Shown here: in pieces, positions 16,383-27,600 of the stretch | How the letters are laid out: each line of letters starts with the position of its first letter | How positions within the stretch are numbered: position 1 is the stretch's first letter | Virus record (IMG/VR): IMGVR_UViG_3300032116_000009 | Origin: a virus | Lineage: Duplodnaviria > Caudoviricetes | Reading direction: 5' to 3' (one strand) | Length of the DNA: 64,000 nucleotides | The notes under the pieces: model-generated | Databases searched by the model: none | What the model was told of the DNA's origin: nothing | Seen by the model: the letters and a program-made list of their open reading frames with translations, nothing else | Made by a program: the position numbers and the translations under genes

Positions 16383-17813
16383 TTAGTATTCACCAAAAGG
16401 ATTTCTTTGACTGAAATCTACAATTGCATCAGCGGCATTTTCAATCTGAATGTTTTCTGCATAAGCATCCAAAAACTCATTAGTTTGTACAGTGGATATT
16501 TTGTAACTCGCGGCAACTCCAACAATAGCTTCTCCTCTTGCAAAAGTACCGTCAACGATCGCTACTTTGAGTATTCTATTTGTAGAATCCCAACTCTTAA
16601 CATATCCGGTCGTTCCTGTTCTCGTTCCAGTTACAACCTCATTATAATCATAATCACCAAATGTAGTTGCAGTTGGATCTGTAAAAGATATTGTTGGAGT
16701 AAATGTATAACCAGCACCAGCATTCGAATATCTTACTGATACAACGACTCCATTAGAGTTAACAACTGCTTCAGCCTGTGCATTATTAATGTTTGATGAT
16801 ATTCCCGAACCAGATGGAATAAAGATTTTCTGTATCGTAACTTGTGGAGTAGTTGTATAACCAACACCACCAGAAGAAATACCAATAATTCCTAGAACTC
16901 CACTATTGATGACAGCTGTTGCGATTCCACCAGAACCTCCACCACCAGAAATACTTACTGTTGGTGGTTCAGTATATCCAAATCCGGGATTTGTGATTAA
17001 AATTCTGTCAATGGCTAATCTCTGATTAGAAGATCTACTTGTCATTATAGCAACAGCAGTAGCAGTCAATCCTCCAGTAGGTGCTGTAGATATTGAAACA
17101 ATTGGAGCAGAATTATATCCATATCCATCATTGATTAAATCAATATACTGTACAGACTTGGAATTTGGATTTGTAGTTGCAAATCCTACAGTAGCTGTTG
17201 CAACAGTTGCTCCAGTACCAACCATTTGAATAGTATAAATGTTTCCAAGATCTTTGATAGATTCATTGACTTCGATTCCAGTTGGATCGACCTCTGGTAC
17301 ATCAATAATTTCATCCTCATATTCAAATCTCTCACATCTTAATTCATATACATAAAGGTTGTTTAATTGATAGAAAGGTTTTTTATGTTCTACATATTTG
17401 ATTTCAAATAGAGACTCATCTAAAGGAAACCAGATTAAATCACCTTCTTGTGGTCTATATGCTATCTTTCTTTCAGTTTCTGGCCATAATTTAAGTAAAG
17501 GGGATATAAAATCGTCATATCTTTCTTTTGAAATTATTAAATTTATTTCATCGCTACTTCTAACACCAAATTTACTGAGAATATCTCCATTCCCACTAAA
17601 TCCCTCATAATTCATTAAATAAGCTTCTATACGAAAACTATCATCAAACTTGGATGCAGTAACTTCTTTGATGACAGTATTTTCACCAACTATTTTTCTG
17701 GGCATGTATAGAACATCTTGTCCATACATTTTAAGTTGTTCATTAATTAAATCTTGAATGAGTCTTTGCTCACTCGGAGATCCTTGGAGGAAATAAGAAT
17801 TTAATGGTGACAT
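16383..17813 (-). CDS. 14: Neck protein gp14 with Gly-rich inserted domains
   Basis: EQRLIQDLINEQLKMYGQDVLYMPR, GDILSKFG, PQEGDLIWFP, FEIKYVEH, YELRCERFEY, C-terminal DFSQRNPFGE. Confidence 0.95.
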   Translation of the reverse strand: MSPLNSYFLQGSPSEQRLIQDLINEQLKMYGQDVLYMPRKIVGENTVIKEVTASKFDDSFRIEAYLMNYEGFSGNGDILSKFGVRSSDEINLIISKERYDDFISPLLKLWPETERKIAYRPQEGDLIWFPLDESLFEIKYVEHKKPFYQLNNLYVYELRCERFEYEDEIIDVPEVDPTGIEVNESIKDLGNIYTIQMVGTGATVATATVGFATTNPNSKSVQYIDLINDGYGYNSAPIVSISTAPTGGLTATAVAIMTSRSSNQRLAIDRILITNPGFGYTEPPTVSISGGGGSGGIATAVINSGVLGIIGISSGGVGYTTTPQVTIQKIFIPSGSGISSNINNAQAEAVVNSNGVVVSVRYSNAGAGYTFTPTISFTDPTATTFGDYDYNEVVTGTRTGTTGYVKSWDSTNRILKVAIVDGTFARGEAIVGVAASYKISTVQTNEFLDAYAENIQIENAADAIVDFSQRNPFGEY

Positions 17814-17814
17814 A

Positions 17815-18645
17815 TTATCCTATGAGATCGAGTGGTGGTAGTTCGTACTCGTCTTTTAATTGTTGTTCTAGTTTTTCAACCTCGGCTACACCATCATCAT
17901 AAATTTGTCTTCCATTTAGTTGAACTCCACCGGGAAGTAAAACTCCATTAAATTTGATCATGTTTTGTCCCCACTGTTTTTTAATTAAAGCAGTAAGGTA
18001 TTTCTTTAACCACCAATCATTGTAAAGTTTTGGAGCATCTGAAGGATCAACGATTCTATAACAATCAATAATTACATACTCATTCTCACCAACTTGTTGC
18101 CAATCTATGTCTAAGTATAACTTATGATTCTTTTTGTTAAAACGAATTTGAGCATGAGGATTTAATAAGTAATCTAGATCTTCAAGATATCTTTTAACCA
18201 TAGCATAGTTAAGTAGATCTAATGCACCATAATAATAAACATCATTTAAAAATAACTGATATTTAATATTAAAAAGACCGTCCGAAACTGTACTAGAGTT
18301 TATCTTAAGAATACTATTAACACCAATAATTGAATCTGGAAGGGGTAGATAGTTTACTCCTTCAACATAAGAAAGAGATGTCAAACCAGCTCCAACAACA
18401 GTTGGAGATGTAGTAGCAGAACCTATAGGTCCAGGTTGAGCCAATGTTGATTTGGTTGCAGGAGTGAGTTTGTGTTTTAAAAACACACGATCAATACCAT
18501 CATAATGACGTTCATGATAATATTGAATTGCATCATCAATTAGATTATCAATTTGATCATCATCTACATTTATCTCTAAAACTGGCTTTCCTAGTTGTTT
18601 GAGGCAATAATCTTTCAACTCCGCTCTACTAGATGGTTGCGCCAT
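17815..18645 (-). CDS. 13: Neck protein gp13
   Basis: SRAELKDYCLKQLGKPVLEINVDDDQI, WLKKYLTALIKKQWGQNMIKFNGVLLPGGVQLNG. Confidence 0.97.
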   Translation of the reverse strand: MAQPSSRAELKDYCLKQLGKPVLEINVDDDQIDNLIDDAIQYYHERHYDGIDRVFLKHKLTPATKSTLAQPGPIGSATTSPTVVGAGLTSLSYVEGVNYLPLPDSIIGVNSILKINSSTVSDGLFNIKYQLFLNDVYYYGALDLLNYAMVKRYLEDLDYLLNPHAQIRFNKKNHKLYLDIDWQQVGENEYVIIDCYRIVDPSDAPKLYNDWWLKKYLTALIKKQWGQNMIKFNGVLLPGGVQLNGRQIYDDGVAEVEKLEQQLKDEYELPPLDLIG

Positions 18646-18676
18646 AAAAAAATACCCCTAGTTTCCTAGAGGTATT
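18646..18676 (-). terminator. Intrinsic terminator after the giant fibre gene, overlapping the gene 13 late promoter
   Basis: Minus strand AATACCTCTAG-GAAA-CTAGGGGTATT followed by TTTTT; ATAAATA (18673-18679) overlaps the 5' arm. Confidence 0.8.
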
Positions 18677-18689
18677 TATGTTTTTTTAT

Positions 18690-21600
18690 TTATTTTTTAA
18701 GTTCATTAATTTGATTTTTCAGGTCTTCTATTTGTGATTGTTGTTCTTTAATTGCCTCGATTAGAACTGCTACCATGTTTCCATAAGCAACAGACTTAGT
18801 TCCATCTTCAGTTTCAAATACTAATTCAGGGATTACTTCTTCAACTTCTTGAGCGACAACACCAATTTGATGTTCGCCATTCATATCAATACGATCATAT
18901 TCAACTCCACGCAACTTCAATACTTTTTCTAGAGCCTTTTCAATTGTATTGATGTTTGTCTTTAATTTAATATCAGATTGTGCAGTTACTGTGCCTGGGA
19001 AAGTAGTATTACCGGAACCATCAAGGAGAGTTGCAGTTCTGGTTAGAGTTGAAAATACGCCAGTATATTGTCTAACGTAAATTGGTTCGGTTCCATCATC
19101 TGCAGTTGCAATTTCAACATAACCAGCGTTAGAAGCAGTGCCTCCGATTAAAATGCGGAACTGGTCGTTGTCCGCCATGTTACCACGAACAAGTTCAGTG
19201 GTATTTGTTCCAGTTACAGTATTGGTTAAATTACCAGTTACATTACCAGTAACGTTTCCAGTCACATTACCACTTACATTACCAGTCAATGCACCAACAA
19301 ATCCTCCAGTTGAAGTTGTTACTCCAGTAACTCTAATGCCAGTGGAATTAACAATTACATTAGTACCAATAGTAGCAGAAGTAGCAGTTAATGCGTTAAC
19401 CGTAACACTTGGGGTTCCAGTTAATCCAGTAGCATTACCATTGATACTACCGTTAAATGTTCCAGAGAATGTTGCGGTAATTATTCCTGCGTTAAAGTTA
19501 CCAAAAGCATCACGAGCTACAATGGTGCTTGCTGTATTTGCTGCAGTTGCGTTTGATGTAACAGTAAATGTAGCTGCTCCAGAGTTATTATAAGTGGTGG
19601 AACCAGAAATACCAGTTCCAGATGTATTCATAGTTAATGTATTCGCAAGAGGTCTCTGCCATGTACCAGAGTCATTCCACAATTCTAGATTACTTGCAAC
19701 GTTCCAAGAACCAGTTGCATTATTAGATGCATACCATCTTGCGCCACTTCCAGGTTGGAGTAAGAACAATTGGTTATTATTGTTACCAGCTGGAGCACTA
19801 TGTACCCAAGATCCATCAGTATAGTAAATATTAGAACTTAAGAAGACTATTCCATCCCAAGTAAGAACACCAAATGATGACTGGGAAGGTTTCTTGATGA
19901 TCAATTGAGAGTCATTATCACCAGTTGTTCCGTTAACAACTAGTCCACCACCACCAATCGCTGTTCCAGTACCACCAACAATTGTTGTACCCGTAATAGT
20001 ATTTCCATTAATATTACCAGAAGCATCACGTCTTACAATAGTATTTCCTGTATTTGTGGTTGCAGAACTAAATCCATTGAGTAAAGCAGCATTTAAGTTA
20101 GTTACCTCTGTAGTTGAAGAAACTGTAAATGGAGCAGTTCCTGTTGCAACTGTTGAAATTAATCTTGTAGCAGAAATTGTTGAAGCGGCAGTTAAAGCTC
20201 CTGCAGCAGTTAGAGTTAATATTTCTGAGAATGATGTTTGGCTATTTACTTTATACCATCTATGAGTTCCTCCAGAATAATAAGAAACCGTATCACTATG
20301 AATTCCAAATCCACCAGCCCAAGTACTGCCATCATTATAAAGGGTAATTTTATTTGGACCACGAGCAGCATCATTAAAGGAATTATCAAATACTAATCTC
20401 TTATAAGTTCCAAATGCAGTGGTATTAGAAGAAGCACCACCATCATTGATGGTAACATTGTTACTGAATGTTCCAGCGCCGCCACTAAATGTTGTTGCAC
20501 TAATTGTACCAGCGCTAAAGTTACCAGAAGCATCACGAGAAACTATCGCACCTGCAGTATTTGCAGAAGTTGCATTAGATGTAACTGTGAATGTAACAGC
20601 ACCAGAACCATTATAAGTTGTAGAACCGGAAAGACCAGTTCCAGATGTATTCAAGGTTAATGTATTTAAATTTGATCCAAGTGAAACACCAGAAATGGTT
20701 GAGTTTGCTAGATTTGCATTTGTAATTCCAGCAGAACCACTTAAGTTTGCATTAGTCAGACCAGAAATAGTATTAGATCCTGCAGCGATTGTTTTGTTAG
20801 TTAATGTATCAGTTGAAGATACAGTTACAACATTAACGCCTTCAACGGCAATTCTACCTGCAGAAGCTCTAGTAATTGTAGTGTCAGTTAGATTTCCAAG
20901 TTCAATCGAAGTAATAATTCCCGATGTAGCTGTTATTGTATTAACAGTGATACTTGGTGTTCCACTTAAGCCTGTTGCATTTCCAGTGACGTTGCCAGTT
21001 AGTGGTCCTACGAATGAAGTTGCAGTTACTACGCCAGTTACGTTAATACCTGTAGAATTGAGAACTACATTTGTACCCACTACACCTGAAGTTGCAGTTA
21101 AAGCATTGATAGTGATACTTGGTGTTCCACTTAAGCCTGTTGCATTTCCAGTAACATTTCCTGTCAATGGACCTACAAAAGAAGTTGCAGTTATTATACC
21201 AGTTACATTGATACCAGTGGAATTAAGAACTACGTTTGTGCCTACTACAGCTGAAGTAGCAGTTAGAGCATTGATGGTGATACTCGGAGTTCCTGAGAGA
21301 CCTCCTGCTGTACCACTCACATTACCTGTTACATTGCCAGTAACATTACCAGTTAATGGACCTACAAATGAAGTTGCAGTTACAATTCCTGCAGCAAATC
21401 CACCAAGAACGTTACGAAGTACAATTCTACTTGCAGTATTTGCACTATCAGTAGAGTAACCTTCCAATAGTGATGCATTAAGATTAGTTACCTGTGTGGT
21501 AGAAGTGACAGTAAATGGAGCTGTACCTGTTGATACATTGGAAATAAATCTTGTAGCGGTAACAATACCTGGGAACGTAGTATTACCGGAACCATCAAGA

Positions 21601-24600
21601 AGAGTTGCAGTTCTCTGTAAGGATGTAAAAGTACCACTGTACTGTCTTACATAAATTGGTTCTGTTCCATCGTCTGCAGTTGCAATTTCAACATAACCAG
21701 CGTTAGAAGTTGTTCCACCAATAAGGATGCGGAAGAAATCATTATCAGCCATGTTACCACGAACTAGTTCTGTGGTAGCAGTTCCTGTAACAGTATTACT
21801 GATATTACCTGTTAGGTTGCCTGTAACATTACCAGTTAAATTGCCAGTTACATTACCGGTTAGAGGTCCAACGAAAGAAGTAGCCGTAACAATACCTGCA
21901 CTAAATCCACCCCAAGCATCTCTAGAAACAATAGTACTTACCGTATTAGTTGTTGAAGAGTTGAGTCCATCAAGTAAATCTGCATCTAGTCCAGATCCAG
22001 AACCATCATTACCTTGATGCCATAACTTGTTCCAAGCTGTTGTTCCACTACCATTTGTTGAACGATAGTAAATATCATTACTATTATAAAAACTTCCAGC
22101 AAACTGCATTGCATAGTAATTCGCTGTATTACTATGTGTAGAACTGAGAAGGTGATACCAAGTATTTGTTGTTTGTGGCCAACCTTCTGCAGTTGTAGCA
22201 GTGTCAGTCTGCCAGAAACCACTCTTAGTTCTTGTAGTAATATCGTCCTTGGTTTTAGCTTCAGCTTCAAATGAACTTGAGAATAATTGTGTTCCTGACC
22301 AAGTATTTGATCCGTCTAAAAGTGGAATTGTATTTCCAGATGTTCCAGTGTTCTTCCCATCAAGTAAATCTGCATTCAAATTAGTTACTAATGTAGTAGA
22401 AGAAACTGTGAATGGTGCAGTTCCTGTAGCCTGAGTTGATGTGAATCTTGTTGCTTGTATTGCTCCAGTAAATGTACCTGTTCCAGCAACACTAACTGTT
22501 ACAACATCTGTTCCTCCAGAATTTCTAAGAATCCAATTCGTTGTATACTGATTATAAAGAGAACCGTTGAAGTATTGAATCTTCGCAGCTTTATTGCCCG
22601 TCCAATTTGAACTATTTGCAAAAGAAATATCTTTATCAATTAGAACAGTGAATCCAGCACCCACTACTCCTGCAAATTCTGGACTTCCAGTTAAAGTATA
22701 AGAACTTCCATTTCCAAGTAAAGTAAATCCAAGTGAAGGAGCTGCAGTAAGATTAGTTCCACCTCTTGTTACTGGTAGAGTTCCAGTACTATTGAGAATA
22801 TCAAGATAATATGCACTGTTCTGACCACCTAGAGTGGCAGCATCCACATCTCCAGTCACAGAATTCTTAATACTTATAGCACCATCTGTACCAACTGTAA
22901 ATGTAGAAGACTTGAATCTAGATACACCAAGAGTTGAATATTCATCTGAAGAAGTTTGAGCTCTATTCAGAGTTATGTTGATATTTCCATAGTAAGTATT
23001 AACTCCAACTCCACCTGGGGCTAGTTCGGAACTAGTAGCAGTTACACCAATTGGTTGAGTTGTTCCAATTCCAACTGAAGTAATTACTTTCTGATATGAA
23101 GAATCACCTCTCAAGAATGTCTGGTCATTAGCAGTTCCACTTCCAAGTCTAGATGGTGATAATGTACCAGTAATAATGTTGGACGCATCTAAACTTCCTA
23201 CAGAAAGTAGTGACCAATTATTGGTATCTGAAGATGAAGTGTTAACAGTTCTAGAATACTCAACATTTTGCTCTGTAAGAGTCATAATTCCTACAGCACT
23301 ATTAATGGTGCCTCCTGCCAAACTTACAGTGTTTAGAAGTAGACCATTAATAGAAGCTAAAGCCGCAGCTCTAGTTTCATGGAATGTAAATGAGTTTGTA
23401 GTTACTGATCCAGCAAAGTAGAAACTACCAGTAGTAATTCCGGTTGGAGTATTACCAGTGACTTTTACTGCTTCACCCTGACTCAATCCATGGTTTTTAA
23501 ATGTTATCTGATCAGTTAAAGTATTGACCCCAACACGACTCAATGAATGAGTTAAAGTACCACTACTTGTCAGATCTTTAATAGTTACAAGTGCATAGGT
23601 TGAATAAAGTTGAACAGATGTTAAACCTACAGTCTTAATATAATATGTTGTAGTGTCCAGTAGTGGACCTATTGGAGTTCCACCACCACTACGGTAAATT
23701 ACTGGATCTCCATCAACAAAACTATGACCAGATCCAACAACAATTCTATCATTTGCAAAGTCAACACTACCGCCAACGCTAATATCCGTAGGGGTGAAGG
23801 TTACAGTATATCCTATTCCAATATTAGTTGAAATAGCAACTGCATTTCTATCAGAAACGAAGTCTGAAAGTGCAGAACTTCCTGGGAATTTCTGTCCATT
23901 AGAAAGGGCAAGATAGAGCCTTGTTTCTACAGTAGCTATGTTAACAGTAAAGTTAGATCCACCAGTTCTTCCACCAATTGGAGTGGGATTATTAAGAGTT
24001 AATACGTCACCTACAGCAAATTTGTATCCACCAGTATTAATTGCAACATTAGTAACTGTTCCACTAACACCAACTGTAATCGTAGCAGTAATTCCGGTTC
24101 CAATACCAGTAGAAGTATCAAGACGAACACCCGTATAGATTCCTGGATTATTGTATCCAGAACCACCAACTAAAGAATTCAATGTTAAAGGTACGCCTCT
24201 GACAAGACCAGTAGTTCCATAACCTACATTTGGGAAAGATAATGTAGTTGTACCTAAACCAACTCCAATTCTTGGTGGAGCAGTTACAACACCAATTGCA
24301 CCACCACCAGAAGTTACACTAACTACTTCATCCCCATTCAGGAAATTGTAGACAGTTGAATTGTTTAGAACCAAATATTGACCTACAGTATCAGTAATTA
24401 GAACGAATGAATCTGTTGGCTCAACTACAGTATCTCCGGATACTAAGCTAGTAGCAGGAATATAGTTAACTAACTGAGTTCTTCCACCATCTACTGAAGA
24501 CTTATAGTAATTGACAGTTTTTGGTGGAATTAGATCAGCATTAATTTGACCGATTGAATTGAGTTGAACAACAGCGTTAGGAATAGCGTTTGTAGAAACT

Positions 24601-27600
24601 GATTTATCAATAAAATCTCCAAGTCTATTATTCAAGAATGATCTAGTTGAAAGTTGTGTAGGAACTCTAGAGTGCTTAGGTCCACCAATTTCATTATCAC
24701 CAAGATCCGTATCCGTAGAGAACTCTTCAATTACGTTACCACCAGACAGCGATAATCTAATAGAATCAAGAGTACCAATAGTAACAGTATTATTGAAGAT
24801 AATGTTACCAGTTCTGTTATAGGCAACAATCGAATCACCAATCTTAAAGTCTCCAAGTTCATTGGTACCGGATGAATAAACTCTACCACCAAGTTCAGAA
24901 ACTTGTTCAGATCTTGGATCGGTTTGACCTCCATTTTGTGGGAGAGCATTATAATCTATACCAGAACCAGAGAATTCCCAAGTGTGTGATGAAGAGTTTA
25001 CAATAGATGGTCTGTGGAAGTGTAGTTTATACACTTCAGGTAAAGTTCCAATATTCTGAACGAGTGTTCCAGCTATTGTAGAATCTGTCTTAAATTCAAC
25101 AGTCCAATAAGTAGTTAATCCGACAACAGCACTTACCCCGATAGAAATCGGAGATGGACTGTGATCATTAATGTTTAATACTGTTGTTCCATTAGTAACT
25201 GAGAAATTCCTTCTAACTCCAGAAGAAAGTTCTAATGCGACAATAAGTTCTCTAGTAGTGTTGTTATACGTTACCGCAAATCCAGTTGCAGTTCCTCCAA
25301 CTACAGTTTGACTGATTAATCTACCAGAAACAAACGATGCTGTAGAACCCACTCCAGCAAGGGTTAGTTTTTGATATGAATTATGTGAATCAATAATTTC
25401 TTTTACGAAGAAGTCTTGAGTTGACTTTGTAATAGTATGAATACCAGTACTTAGTGAAGTCAAGTCAACGATGGTATTCAATGACTCATCTTCAGCTAAC
25501 TTGAAATTATCAGCATCAATATAAACAACATAGTATTGGTTGTCGTTAACCAGTCCACCAACAATTCTATTTGGAATTACTTGTTCGTCTCCATTGTAAA
25601 TAACTGGATCAGCATTATTAAATCCGTGAGTTGTAATTGTAATAGTATTCTCAGTTAGACCAACTCCAGTAGCTCCATTAAATTCTTTTACTGTTACTGC
25701 TGGTTTGAACTGTGAAGTTCTATCAACTCCATTTCCATCGAAGAATCTGAGAATATAGTTTTCAACATCAGATCTACCATATCCAACTGCCTTGAGTGTT
25801 TGTAATCCACCAGAAGTGCCAGTCGCGGCAACTCTACCACGATCAAAAATGAACGAATTTCTACTATATCCAGTAGATCTTAAAGCATATAAACCGAAGT
25901 TAGTTGCAGAGTTTGTAATGGATAGGTATCCACCAGACTGCGCTAGGGATCCATATCTACAGAAAATTTGGAAACAAGAAACAACCTGTGAATATCCATC
26001 GTTAATAACACGCCAACCGATACCACCGAAGGAAACCATCGTAAATGCTGCGGCAACCATGGACTTACCTTGTTCTGGTTGAATAGCATCTGGACCAACT
26101 TCTACCTCTTCAGAAATAAGAGGTACGTTTGGTGTTAGTACTTTATTTCCATCAACCAACATTCCATTACCACCTAAGAATGATAGAATGGAACAGTTCT
26201 GAATATATGGAGATCTAGTAATAGTTGGTTTGTCTAATTTAGTAGCATAACCGGCTCTGGAAGTTAGATTATCCGAAGGATCATCAAAAGCTACAGCGTA
26301 ATCAAATGTATTTTGGGGAACACCTGCGAGATCAATCGCATCCTTCATAGCAAAACCAGTGAGATAGATTCCATTTCTTACACGGAATAAATCTTTACCA
26401 GCATTTGCAGGTCTAATTATAGTATTTCTTAGGTTATCGCCAACGATTGCAACATCATCATAAAGAATGATTGGGTTATCTTCTACATAGTTTCCAGCCT
26501 CAACGATAATACAAACAGGTTGTGACTGTGTTCCTGGTGCAACCAATGCTGGGGCTGCAGTTGTGCCAAGACCAACAATAGTTGTAATGATGCCAACATA
26601 GTTAACTAATGCAGATCTGACATCCGCACAATCGGTTAAACCTAAGTTTGTAGTTGCAATTCCAACAATACTTCCACTAATGACTGCAGTTGTAAGAATT
26701 CCAACAAGGTTATCAATATTAGATCTTATGTTCGCACAAACATTTACATCTTTGTTTGTGGATCCAACACTAACATCATTTTGGATACTTAAATCCTGGT
26801 AATTTAACCAATTTGTTACAGCTCTCTTTGCATAAGTACCTAAACTCTGGAATGCGTAAGCTGAGATTACTTCTTCACCCAACAATCCATCTGTTCTTGC
26901 TGCACCAGCACCATCGAAGTACTTTTTAGTTGCATAAAGAATATGTTGGTTAGTTCCGTAAGAGATATCTTGAGCAACAGCATCGACAATGTATCCAAGA
27001 TCTCTTGCACATTTACGTCCACCAACAACATTAGTGGTTCCAATTCCTACAAAATCACTTACATTATAGGTAGAGTTGACCAAGAAATATCCATAATTTG
27101 TTGTTGCACCAATTCCAGCAGTACTACCAGAACCAACAGCTGTTGTAACAATTCCAGTCAACGTATCAATAGTTGATCTTACATTAGAACAAGAATTAGG
27201 ATCAGTGTTAAATCCAGTTACTGGATCTGCAGTAATAGTAAGATCTCTAGAATTAAGCTGATTGGTAACAGCTTTCTTCATGTAATCTCTAGCACTCTCA
27301 AACACATAATTAGATTCTGCGGTTTCTCCGGCTAAACCATCCGCAAGAAGATTACCTACATTACTGAAATAGAATCCAGTAAATGCACGAGCATAATTAT
27401 TACCACCTGTAAACACATCAGTAGAAACGGCATCAATAAAGAATCCGGTATCTCTAGCACACTTCCAGATACCCTCTGTCATTCCATATCCAATGACGTT
27501 GAGATCAAAATCACCGTAATTTACTGCAGGGAGTCCACTAGTATTTCCAACTCCTATTGCTGCAGTTACGATTCCAACGAGAGAAACAATGGTATTTTGT

